Below, in pieces: positions 8,732-18,371 of a stretch of 64,000 nt of DNA. The translations under genes were made by a program, and so were the position numbers. How positions within the stretch are numbered: the first letter of the stretch is position 1; each line of letters starts with the position of its first letter. This DNA comes from an uncultured Pirellulales bacterium. GTDB taxonomy: Bacteria; Planctomycetota; Planctomycetia; Pirellulales; Pb10988. The notes under the pieces are model-generated. The model saw only the letters and a program-made list of their open reading frames with translations, had not been told where the DNA came from and searched no databases. The stretch covers positions 33,472 to 97,471 of the forward strand of contig CAZYKP010000021.1 of NCBI GenBank assembly GCA_964648025.1, written 5' to 3'.

Positions 8732-9704
8732 GTCTCTGGCCCTCCGCCCGAGCAATATCAGCATCGCCCAAGACAGATTCAGTCCCCTGGGCCTTGACCC
8801 TGAGCCACCCTGATGGATTGCTGGGTGGCCTTTGGTCGTTATTTCCACACAACCGCCTCTTCCCAACTCACACCAAACGCATCCATTCCAAGATCGATGC
8901 CGGTGGTGTCGCCATGAGAGTTGTGCGCAGACAAACGCATAACCTCGCTCGCAGGACGTGATGCCCTCATGGTCGATTCTAGAAGGGCTTGCCCCCTCCT
9001 TCTCGGCCGGACACCCCAGCCCATCCGCCTCCCTCGCCCACCGACGCCGCCTCGCCCACCGACGCCGCCTCGCCCGTCGCGTTCGCGGACACCGCAGGGA
9101 CTCACCCAGCACTGGACAGCGACACGATGCTCAAGCTCGCCCAGTTGAGCTTGCATGAGGCGTGCGACCGGGCCATTCTTGATACGCTTGCCAACCGGTC
9201 AGGTACCGGCAGATTGCAATCGCTCGCGTGACCGACGATGACGCCAGCCGATTTCGCAGGTCTGCGTGTTTTGGCTTCCGGCGACTGGATCGAAGGGTCC
9301 AGCTCCAGGGTGACCGCAGGCAGCAGCCCGTTGAGGGACCAGCCGGTTGATACACCAAGCGGATGAAACGCTTGCCGTCGGAGTTCGGCAGCTTGCCGAG
9401 GACCGTTGCCCAACCCGACCGTTTCTCCTACTCACTTTCCCAGTGCCGAGACCGTTCAGGATGTGGAGGACCGCAACGGTTGAAAGACCGCTTGGGAAGA
9501 GCCCAAACGGAAAGCTCCCGGAGAGTGACAGTCCACTTTCCGGGAGCCAAGTTCAGATTGAGCTGCGGAGCGGCGATGCCGCCGAATGGATCAGGAGGAA
9601 TTGACGCGATTGATTTCCCGAAAGGCGACCGGCCAGGTCAGTTGCCAAACAACCAGCCAACCAGGCCTCTTCCTCCCGCCCTCGGTCAGAACCTCCTCTG
9701 AGTC

Positions 9705-11267
9705 TTAGTCTTCATCGCCGTCATCTTCATCGCTGTCATCTTCATCGCTGTCATCTTCATCGCTGTCATCTTCGTCCTGATCGTCTTCTTGGTCTTGCTT
9801 CCCGGCGGCGGCAAGGATGGCGTCGATCTGGGCCTCGAAGTCCTCATCGGGGATAGCCATGGGGCCCCCGCGTTTGGGCCGCAGATTCGTGTTGAAGACC
9901 ACATCAGCGATGAGGTTTCCGGCGCGAACCCCTTCGGTTCCGTCGAACCTCCAGTGGACGCCGTTGAACACGCGGCTAGCGGCGTTCTCGGCGGCCGCGT
10001 AGCTAAGGCTTTTGAAGTACCGGGGTACGAGCGGACGGCGGCGATTGAATTGGTCGACAGTCACACCGTTCCACTCCTGGGAGACGAACACGAAGGAAAT
10101 GTCGTCCCGCTGGTAGAAGTTCGCCAGAGTTTTGAAGGCAGCTGCACCAAAGGTGGCGTGGCCCGACGTGTAGGCTGGGAAAGGCGGCGAAAAGTTGTTC
10201 TCGCCGGGCAAGGGATTGCTCCGTGAACCGCCCAAAGCGCACCAGTCCGGATCAGCCTCGGTCAGCGGATTGCCGTCCTCATCGGCCCGTTGGATGCCCA
10301 AAATCGGCCGCCAGTAACGATAAGTGTATTTGCTGTCCCACGCGCTGATGCCGCCATCGGCCATAGCGATATTCAATAACGCGAAAAGACGGGCGTTCTC
10401 GTGGGTCTTGTTCCGTTGCTTCTTGGCGACGACGCGGGCCATCTGGTTGTAGAGGCGGGGTGGGGTGCCAATAAGCGGACTGCCGTTGTAGCTCCAGTAG
10501 TTGGCGATCACATACGTCTCATCGTCGGTGGGCACCACCTGACCCGAGTCACCTCCTCGGAATTCCCCCAACCGTTTCACTTCCTCGAAGGCAACGGCAT
10601 ACTCGAGGCTGTCCAAGGCGGGCGGCTGGGGGGCACGAAATTGGGTGATGTCCTCAACACCGAAGGGCGGCAGCGAGGCGATATCTGGGCTGATGAACGA
10701 TTGATCGATGTTCTTGGGGTCGACATCGTGGTCTCCGGGTTCCCCGGTTGACGTGTAGGTCCCCCCGAGAAACTGCTTATCCTGAGAGCGGAGCTCGAGG
10801 ATCCTTCGTGCGACAATCGTGCCAACCAGCAGGCCTTTGAGCTTTGCTTTTCGGCTGCGGACTCGTTTCAGCGTCTTTAACAACGCCTTGTCGTAAATCT
10901 CCGCTCCTGCTGGAATCAGCTCCTGCAACACATCATAAGCGGCCTTGGCAACCGCAGCGTCGGCAGAAGCCTTTTCCGCCTTGGGCACCAGAGTCAGGTA
11001 CGGCGTGTACCGACAATCGACGGAGTTGTAAGCGTCGAACATCGCCACGTGCACAATGGCCAACACCCGAGCCGACGCCGGCGGCCCCTGCGTGTCGGAA
11101 AGCTCATTACCCGGCAGATCCGGACCGGTGTGATCCAACGCGTTGGCCTTCAGTGCAACCGCATTCCACTCAAGAATGCTATCGACAGGCCGACCGCCCC
11201 AGGCCGAAGCACCCAAAGCGAGGGAGAACAACACACACTGGGCGAAGCAAATCAGTTTCTTCTTCAT
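9705..11267 (-). CDS. PAP2-superfamily / vanadium-haloperoxidase-like secreted protein with poly-acidic C-terminal tail
   Basis: ATG at 11267 gives the signal peptide MKKKLICFAQCVLFSLALGASAWG. All three acid-phosphatase/haloperoxidase motifs are present: KYTYRYWRP, YTSGHA, SRVFNGVHWRFD. Confidence 0.85.
   Translation of the reverse strand: MKKKLICFAQCVLFSLALGASAWGGRPVDSILEWNAVALKANALDHTGPDLPGNELSDTQGPPASARVLAIVHVAMFDAYNSVDCRYTPYLTLVPKAEKASADAAVAKAAYDVLQELIPAGAEIYDKALLKTLKRVRSRKAKLKGLLVGTIVARRILELRSQDKQFLGGTYTSTGEPGDHDVDPKNIDQSFISPDIASLPPFGVEDITQFRAPQPPALDSLEYAVAFEEVKRLGEFRGGDSGQVVPTDDETYVIANYWSYNGSPLIGTPPRLYNQMARVVAKKQRNKTHENARLFALLNIAMADGGISAWDSKYTYRYWRPILGIQRADEDGNPLTEADPDWCALGGSRSNPLPGENNFSPPFPAYTSGHATFGAAAFKTLANFYQRDDISFVFVSQEWNGVTVDQFNRRRPLVPRYFKSLSYAAAENAASRVFNGVHWRFDGTEGVRAGNLIADVVFNTNLRPKRGGPMAIPDEDFEAQIDAILAAAGKQDQEDDQDEDDSDEDDSDEDDSDEDDGDED
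9710..9784. repeat. In-frame 15-bp tandem array (~5 units) encoding the DEDDS-repeat tail
   Basis: cttcatcgc(c/t)gtcat repeated on the plus strand. Translates on the minus strand to DEDDSDEDDSDEDDSDEDDGDED. Confidence 0.9.
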
Positions 11268-11748
11268 CGTGGTCCTCGAGAATGACAGGTTTAACCTTTG
11301 CACTTAGTCAGCTGAGCCCCTTGTTCAGGGAATCCGCTGACTGGAAAAGCCCGTTTGTCGGTAGGAACGATTGCTGGTGATTCCTTCTGCAGCAATTGTT
11401 GGGTCAGTCACTTCGGGTAAGGGATGGGGGTGGGCAACTCAAGATGGAGATGAGCTTTCTTTCCTTAGCGTTTGAGCTGATGCGATCCATACGTCTGTGA
11501 TTGTGAAAGCTCTTGCTCGTCTTGCGTGTTCTGCTTGTTGAGCGACGAAGTCATTCGGTGGGCTGCTGGCTACTTTGTGGACTGAGAGTCGCTTCAGTAT
11601 TTTGTTTCCAGGAGCAAGAAGCTTCCGATCGGTGAGTTAACAAAGGTTGAAGACAATCATCCGTTAACAGTGATGGATGTGTGTCATCGAAGGAGCCTCC
11701 CAGCCAAATGGCGGTAAGGCTTGCAAGGTGTTTGGGCGAAGTTCAGCC

Positions 11749-11897
11749 CTACTGATCTTCGGAGAAGTTTCCGATCCAGGGCTTTCCGTCTGCCCTTGTT
11801 TGTGATGACCTCAAGGGGGCAGCCTGAGGCACCACCGGAAGCCCGGATTGCCGAACGAAACGCCCTGCTTCGTCGAAGACTTTTCAGGGAATCAGTA
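11749..11897 (+). repeat. Family B element, copy B2
   Basis: ctactgatcttcggagaagtttccgatccagggctttccgtctgcccttgtttgtgatgacctcaagggggcagcctgaggcacc...cgaagacttttcagggaatcagta. Confidence 0.85.
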
Positions 11898-12309
11898 AAA
11901 TGCGATGTTTTTTGAAAGGTACTGAGTCCGACCTCAGCGGTCAATCCTCTACGCACTTGGTCGAGTATCACAAACGAAATTTCGATCGCCCCCTGCAGAT
12001 CGATCAGCGGATGAGGGCCTGCCGTTTGACGATCCCGCCTCGTTCTCAACTCTTTTCTGCCAACTTCTTTCTGGCAACTCGTTTCTGGCCCGACCGACTC
12101 ACGTTGTCATTCGTTCTGAAATTCCTTTGGCAAGATGGTGCCACGCGGGCTGGAGGCCGCGAAGAGACTTGGCCCTCTTGGGTGCAACGAACGAGCCGCC
12201 GAGAGCGCGAAGGGCTGTCTCGACGGCTGGGAGTCACCAGAGGGGGTAGGCGTGGGACTGTGCAACGGCCAGGGGAGGCTGGGGCGGCTTTTTGATTCCG
12301 CGACGCGTT

Positions 12310-12375
12310 TTGCCAGTTGGAGACCTTCGGATTGCCAGTTGGAGACCTTCGGATTGCCAGTTGGAGACCTTCGGA
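12310..12375. repeat. 3 x 22-bp perfect tandem array
   Basis: ttgccagttggagaccttcgga x3, ending 5 nt from the stop of the PEP-CTERM gene. The unit resembles the ccaactgccaaatcagaagg arm of family C. Confidence 0.9.
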
Positions 12376-12380
12376 CAGTC

Positions 12381-13775
12381 TCAAGCCTGCCGGCGGGACC
12401 GCCAAGTCGCCAGGCCGAGAAATCCCAGGGACCACAGCCCTCCGGTCGCCGGCTCGGGGATCACTTGCCCGGCGACGCTTCCGCTCAATCTCAATTGGAT
12501 GAACGTCTGATCGGTCGCTGCGTTGTCGCCTGGGCCGTTATCGAGGACAAACCAGAGTTGGTCTCCTGGATTGAGTTCGCCCAGCGGCAGGGTCAGCAGG
12601 CCGGTGGAGGAACCGTCGAGGGTTCCTGTGGCTAGCTCGCTTCCGCTGCCATCGAGAATGGCGAATCCAATGCCATCGCCGCCGGAACCAGGGTTCTCAA
12701 CGAAGTAGCTCAGCACCAAGTCCTCGAGAGAATCGGTCGCTGTGTATTCGATGGCCAGAAACTCAGGGGGCGTGCTGGAGCTGGAGCCGGGGTGCCCGGC
12801 CAGCACGCCAGGCGGCAGCGTCGCAACACCATCAAAGAGGCCATCATCGCTGATCGCCGGAAACGGCCCACAGCAATCGTTAAAGACTGTTCCGGTGCCG
12901 GCATAGCCGTCGCCCCCTTCCAGACCAGTGGAGCCAAATGTCAGCAAGGCCAGTCCACCGTTGGTTGGGTCGCTGTCGGTGTCGCTGTAGTAGTTCCACA
13001 GGCCGGAGTTGGTACCCGAGATACCAAGATCGCTGCTTGTCTGCCCATCTGCCGGGGCTTCGCGATAGTCAGCGGCAAGGTCGGCGATGATCGTCGAAGA
13101 CTCGCCAATGGTGCCGTCGTTGGGGCCGAGCAGCTCAGTCGGATCAAAGGCCCCTGCGAAGGTCGAGACACGAACACGATCGATCGAACCATCAAACACA
13201 CCGTTGGGAACATCAAAGTTGTGGCCGCCGATGGTGATGACGCCCGAGTCGGTCAGGGTGATGTTGCCGTCTCCGCCGCCGCTGTCAAACTCCAAACCGT
13301 TGACGTACAGAGAACTGTCGCCAGCCTCACGGACATAGGCCAGCGCGACGCTTGCAGTAGGAGGGTTGCCATGAGGAAATAGACCTGGAAAACCCACACC
13401 GCTGGTGATGGCTCGCCAGCTTCCACCTTGGGCGACGACCCCGTAGCCGGAATTGGAGCCATCAGCGTTGGTAATCGATGCGGTGAAGTTAAAGACCCCG
13501 AAAGTCTCGGCTGAGACAATCGTCTCCAAAACAACGTTGTCCGTCGCGACCGTCGGTGCCACCGCCTGAATGTAGTCACCGGCCCCATCGAGCACCAGTT
13601 GCCCGTCGACATAGGTCGGGTCGCCAAATTCAGCAAATCCGACCGGCGCCTGATCATCGGCGAAGTCGTAATCCGCCACAGTGATCAGCTGGGCACCCGC
13701 GGTGGTTGTCATTCCAACCAAAGCCCCCAGAAACAAACAGATCTGTGCCATCCGCATCGTGTTTCTCGCAAACAA
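12381..13775 (-). CDS. PEP-CTERM-anchored secreted protein
   Basis: Signal peptide MRMAQICLFLGALVGMTTTAGAQ. C-terminus VIPEPATGGLWSLGFLGLATWRSRRQA fits the PEP motif plus TM plus basic tail. The body is Gly/Asp/Thr-rich and beta-type. Confidence 0.85.
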   Translation of the reverse strand: MFARNTMRMAQICLFLGALVGMTTTAGAQLITVADYDFADDQAPVGFAEFGDPTYVDGQLVLDGAGDYIQAVAPTVATDNVVLETIVSAETFGVFNFTASITNADGSNSGYGVVAQGGSWRAITSGVGFPGLFPHGNPPTASVALAYVREAGDSSLYVNGLEFDSGGGDGNITLTDSGVITIGGHNFDVPNGVFDGSIDRVRVSTFAGAFDPTELLGPNDGTIGESSTIIADLAADYREAPADGQTSSDLGISGTNSGLWNYYSDTDSDPTNGGLALLTFGSTGLEGGDGYAGTGTVFNDCCGPFPAISDDGLFDGVATLPPGVLAGHPGSSSSTPPEFLAIEYTATDSLEDLVLSYFVENPGSGGDGIGFAILDGSGSELATGTLDGSSTGLLTLPLGELNPGDQLWFVLDNGPGDNAATDQTFIQLRLSGSVAGQVIPEPATGGLWSLGFLGLATWRSRRQA

Positions 13776-14497
13776 AGGGTAGGAACCGAGATTGTTCTGA
13801 GCTCCGAACTAAGGTTCGGAATTTCGACAGGAAATCCGTTCTTGGGATGATGTCTCGCCGGACCGATGGAGCATGCTTGGCAACGGGAGGGAGCTGTTGT
13901 GGGTCGGCTTCAAGAACCTGACAGAGCGCCAACACCCAAACCGGCAAGTCAGAGTGTTCCACACTGGCAGTCAGAGCCAACAATCGAAAGCAAAGCAGAT
14001 CCGCCCGATGGTTTCTCGGGGGTCGGTGTTTGGATGTGGTTTTAGGGGGCAAAAGAACCGGACACCAAGGGAAAGTTACCCTAACGGAACGTCCTCTCAA
14101 TAGCAAGGAAATTCGTTGTTTCTTGGGGAAAGGCCGTTGACAGGCTTCAGAGTGCTGGCGATTGGCTTCCATCTTCCAGTCATTGGCGATGAACATCCCT
14201 GGCCTGAGCCAGACAACTGCCGACAGTTTTTTGGACCAGTGGGATGCCTACGCTGAGTCAGACAAGTTTCCGACCCAGGGCAACCAACGGAAGCCCGAAT
14301 CGCCGAGCGTTGATCCGTGGTACCCAGATCACGTTCTGATCGCGACACCTTGCTGGGTCGCGTGCTTCAGCCTGACCGTCGCAGTCATGACGGGCTTGAT
14401 TTGACACCTGCGACACGAGAAGCATAGGTTTTGTGAGGGATTGCGACCGCTTTGGGCGATCTGCAGGCCATTCCCCCAAAAGTCGGGTAACTGACCG

Positions 14498-14598
14498 GCT
14501 GTCCGAAAAGTGTCCCGGCACAACGAGGATTCGTTGCATCAAGACTCGCTAGCCACCAACCGTTGTGCCTCCGCCACTATGTCGGACAGACTTTGAGA
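14498..14598 (-). repeat. Family D element, copy D1
   Basis: Reverse complement matches 57496-57596 with about 6 mismatches in 101 nt (manual alignment). Confidence 0.9.
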
Positions 14599-14690
14599 CA
14601 CAAGACCTGCCGAGGTCCGAGGGCTTACCTTGAGCCCCGCTTGGTTGTCACCTTCTTCATCGCCGTTGGAACCAAAGACGACACAGCACA

Positions 14691-16904
14691 ATGAGCACCC
14701 GTCGAGATCAACTCACCCCATCTGAGGCTCGTTCATGTCGGGTTGGACTGACGCGGGCTGGTTTGTCCTCAGGGCAGCTTGCTTGGATCGTTTTGGTTTT
14801 AGCGGGGGCAGTACTGCTTCCCCCGGGACGGGTTTGCTGGGGTAAGTCTCCCCAAAACGGCCAAACGGAGGACCAAACAGCTGGCCAGGGCGCTGAGGAG
14901 GTCTCAGCCAAGCCGAGCGTCTTTGACATTCCGGGGTATCAGGCCTCCCAGAGGATGACTCAGCAAGTGGTCGCTCGGTTTTTTACAGAGGGCCAGTACA
15001 AACAGGCAGCTCGGTTGCTGCGGGAGTTAACCGAAAAGTATCCCCTCGACCCGAACACACACTACAATCTGGCCCGTGCTCGGGCCCGGATGGGGAAGAC
15101 CAACCCAGCGTTGGATGCGTTGGCCACCGCAATCGAACTGGGCTTTGACAAAGCCGAGCAGCTTCAAGAGGACGAAGACCTTGCACCGCTGCGGAAAATG
15201 GAGCGGTTTGGCCAGCTTGTGCAACGGGCGCAGGAGGGTGTGCCGCAGCCGCGTTGGAACTATCGGACCATGCCGACGGAGGTAGCCGACGGTGTGGCAA
15301 CCGTCAGCGAGGACAACGTCGCCTGGAACCCCAAGCTCGGCATGTTCCTGGTGTTCTTTCGGTTCGCCGAGAAGAAGTCCGACCAACCCATCGCCAAGGG
15401 CTATGGGACTGCCGGCGACTACCTGCGGAAGTGGGGCCTCCAGGGCACGGCCGCAGGAAATCATGGCGACCTGTATGATAACCACGACGGCAGCCATTCG
15501 AGTCTTCGGCTCAAGTACTTTCCCCAACTCACCGAGGTGAAATACAGCCCAGAAGCCAAAAAGCGAAGGCTCCACCATGGCCTGCAACTCCGCCTACTGT
15601 TTAACCAAGTGACCCTGGGGAACTCCTCAACAGCCCTTGTCTCGGGCCCTTACTGGCGAAGCCAGGGCCGTCATGCCCTGACCTCACCCCGCGGCCCGGC
15701 ACTTCTCTATCTGCAATATGTGACTCATCATCTGTATGTTTATCCGGAGCACCGCGACTACGATCCTGCCCAGCCCAGCCAGGAGCAAGAGCAGAAACGA
15801 GTCCAGGGAAAAAAGAAGAGGAAGAAGAAGGGCCAAAGCAAACCCGGTCGTGGTGATCTTTTCCCGGTCAACACGCCTTACATGATTCTCTCGCAGGGCT
15901 CCTCGGGCAGTGACCGTGTTTTCTTGGATGCCGTTGCTGCAACGCTGGCAGCCTTTCGGCCTGAGGTCAAGGCACGCTTGATCAAATCGCAGGCACTGAT
16001 GCCGACTGTGCAAATGATTTTTCGCATGAGCAATAAGGTAGTGAAGCGGCCAAGCGATTATCTGACTGGCAGAGCCCATCCCACGGTCTTTCAAAAAGAG
16101 GATGTTGACCCGGCCAGGATGGTCACCCTGGCTCACAGCCTCGAACCGGAGGCTCTCCCACCGCTTGTTCGACTGAAGGTCCTTCAGGAGGACGAAGGGG
16201 TCGTTGGCCGTGACTACTTTGACATCGGTCCACGTGAGAAGTTGTGCGATACACCTTGTGCGATCGGTCGGCTTGTCAAGTCCTCGGCTTACCGTCGGCG
16301 GATGGTTGTCTCAGCCCAAGACAGCGAAGATCTCAACGGAAAGCAGCTGACCTACCATTGGGTCATTCTTCGCGGAGACCGGCAACGCATCACGATCAAA
16401 CCACTCAATGACGACCGCTCCCAGGTCGAACTCTCTGTGGCTTACCACCCACGGCGGCCGATCACCGAGGGCCACTCCATGGAGTCCAATCGAGTCGACA
16501 TCGGCTGCTTTGTCCATAACGGTTCTTATTACTCCGCACCGGCTTTTGTGTGCTTTTGGTATTTGGATAACGAACGACGCGAATACTCAGCCGACGGACG
16601 CATCCTGGCGATTGATTACACCGACCCACAGTTTCAAGGCAACTACGTCGATCCCCGCTTGGACTTTTCCAAGGACTGGCGAGATGAATATCATTACAGC
16701 CCAGAGGGCCAGTTGATCGGCTGGACACGCATCCGTGACCAACAACGCCAGCGATTCACCGCAGACGGCCAGTTGATCCTCAAGCAGAATCCAGATGGCT
16801 CTCCTGCCCAGACCGCTGCTGTCCGCTACCAAGCTCAGTCGAACAACCAAAGCCCGCCACGACTGATCCAGATCACCGTCCCACCACCGATGCCAAGCAA
16901 GTAA
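14691..16904 (+). CDS. Hypothetical secreted/membrane-anchored protein with N-terminal TPR-like segment
   Basis: 737-aa ORF with ATG start. TM/signal is LAWIVLVLAGAVLL. TPR-like stretch GQYKQAARLLRELTEKYPLDPNTHYNLARARARMG. Lys-rich insert KKKRKKKGQSKPGRGD. The rest is unrecognised. Confidence 0.8.
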   Translation: MSTRRDQLTPSEARSCRVGLTRAGLSSGQLAWIVLVLAGAVLLPPGRVCWGKSPQNGQTEDQTAGQGAEEVSAKPSVFDIPGYQASQRMTQQVVARFFTEGQYKQAARLLRELTEKYPLDPNTHYNLARARARMGKTNPALDALATAIELGFDKAEQLQEDEDLAPLRKMERFGQLVQRAQEGVPQPRWNYRTMPTEVADGVATVSEDNVAWNPKLGMFLVFFRFAEKKSDQPIAKGYGTAGDYLRKWGLQGTAAGNHGDLYDNHDGSHSSLRLKYFPQLTEVKYSPEAKKRRLHHGLQLRLLFNQVTLGNSSTALVSGPYWRSQGRHALTSPRGPALLYLQYVTHHLYVYPEHRDYDPAQPSQEQEQKRVQGKKKRKKKGQSKPGRGDLFPVNTPYMILSQGSSGSDRVFLDAVAATLAAFRPEVKARLIKSQALMPTVQMIFRMSNKVVKRPSDYLTGRAHPTVFQKEDVDPARMVTLAHSLEPEALPPLVRLKVLQEDEGVVGRDYFDIGPREKLCDTPCAIGRLVKSSAYRRRMVVSAQDSEDLNGKQLTYHWVILRGDRQRITIKPLNDDRSQVELSVAYHPRRPITEGHSMESNRVDIGCFVHNGSYYSAPAFVCFWYLDNERREYSADGRILAIDYTDPQFQGNYVDPRLDFSKDWRDEYHYSPEGQLIGWTRIRDQQRQRFTADGQLILKQNPDGSPAQTAAVRYQAQSNNQSPPRLIQITVPPPMPSK

Positions 16905-16920
16905 TCCCAACTTGCATGAT

Positions 16921-16980
16921 CACATTGGCTTGTAATCACACTGGCTTGTAATTACATTGGCTTGTAATCACACCATTGGT
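16921..16980. repeat. ~3.5 x 16-bp tandem array
   Basis: cacattggcttgtaat / cacactggcttgtaat / tacattggcttgtaat, starting 17 nt after the stop of CDS 14691-16904. Confidence 0.85.
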
Positions 16981-18097
16981 TTCGCACCCCCCGTTGAACA
17001 CAAGTACCCCGCAGTGTCTGGTTGTTCCAAGCAAATCGATCCGCAAATCGGCCTCGACATTGCCACGCGACATCCCCTTCCCGCCGGTGAAAACGTCGGT
17101 TTTGCCGCCGTCATCCAGGCAGAACACTCGACCCCTGCTTGCACAAGGTGATGCCCGAAATGCACCACCGCTCGGCGGTCGTTTGTTGATAGACGCTTAT
17201 CCCATCTTCCGCGTTGATGCAGTGGACCAGACCACTGCATCGGTCGAGAAGGGAGGGATGGCCTTGGCCCTAGGATCGGGGAGGCCATTTGGAGGTCACA
17301 GCGTGGGATCTTCCAGAGAACCGATTCGTTCGAGTGAGCGTCTTGGTTAGGCGTGATATTCCGGAGCCACCCGGTTGGACGGCAAAGAGGAAGCCGCCAT
17401 CATCAGATCCGCCGCGGTTGTGAGACTCGGTGCTGGCGAACAAACGATCCCCAACAGTGAGCGGTGTTGCCGAACTGCGGGCTTGATTCATGTCCAGTTG
17501 CCACAGAAGGTGGCCAATCTGCGGATCGTAGCATCGACAGATCTGACCGACGGCGACCAGCTCATCTCGTTGACTGTTGTGCCAGGTGATCGGCGTGCTG
17601 GACTGCCACGGCTCATCTCGCTTGACCCGCCAGATCTCCTCCCCAGTCTCGGCGACCAGGGCCACTACGGATTCCCTGAAAAGTCTTCGACGAAGCGGGG
17701 CGTTTCGTCCGGCACTTCGGGCTTCCGCCCGTCGCCCTCGGTCGAAGACTGATCTGAGGCTCAGTAACAACGATTGCTCTTGATTGTCGATCTGCAGAAA
17801 AAGCTTCCCTTCAAAGTGTACCGATGAATTCGAGGTGCCCCAGCCGGCCCGCATCAGATAAGTCCCGAAGTCCTTCTGCCACAGTTTCTGGTACCGACTC
17901 TCTTCCGAGGAAAGTGGCTTCTGGCCTGAGGCGACCACCGCCGGTAATCGATTGCTTTCTCGCTGGGTCAATCGCAGCGGTGGGCGTTTGATGAGCTTGA
18001 TGGTGTCCCGCGAAAAGGTACCTGGCCCCTCCAAGCTCGAGGTTTTCCTGAGGTCTCCGACCGAGTGCGGCAGCTCAAACAGCCAAGTCTGTCTCAA
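16936..18097 (-). pseudogene. Decayed PQQ-like beta-propeller gene (frameshifted, repeat-interrupted)
   Basis: Propeller-blade-like strings occur in three different frames: VALVAETGEEIWRV, CYDPQIGHLLWQLD, LVHCINAEDGISVYQQ, VFCLDDGGKTDVF. No signal peptide. A family B copy is embedded at 17665-17767. Confidence 0.6.
17665..17767 (-). repeat. Family B element, copy B4 (internally deleted), inside the PQQ pseudogene
   Basis: ctacggattccctgaaaagtcttcgacgaagcggggcgtttcg...gccctcggtcgaagactgatctgaggctcagtaa. Both arms are present and the central ~50-bp hairpin is missing. It is translated in the ORF as RSAGRNAPLRRRLFRES. Confidence 0.75.
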
Positions 18098-18371
18098 AAT
18101 ACCAATCCGGCTTCGGGCGGCTGGATCGAGCCGCTGGCTGCGTCGGCCTGCATTGACGAATCACCTGTCAGATACGTCTGAGGATGGGATTCGCCTGCTT
18201 CGGCCTCCTTGCCAGCGGCTCGCTCATCTCACCCTCTGGCCGACGAGCCCGTTCTGAGACAGAGCCTAGAATCTTCATAGAAGCTTAGCAGAAAAGCTTG
18301 CTTCCGCCAGAATCTCACAGATGGTAGATTATGGCCGACTCATCGAAGTAAGTCTTTTGGGTTCCTCCTTG

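Noticed and set aside
13654-14404. ORFs 13654-14196(-) and 14162-14404(+) in the 900-bp region upstream of CDS 14691
   Set aside because: The first overlaps the PEP-CTERM gene start and is Arg/Pro-rich. The second (80 aa, TTG start, hydrophobic tail) is not impossible, but it has no supporting motif or start context.
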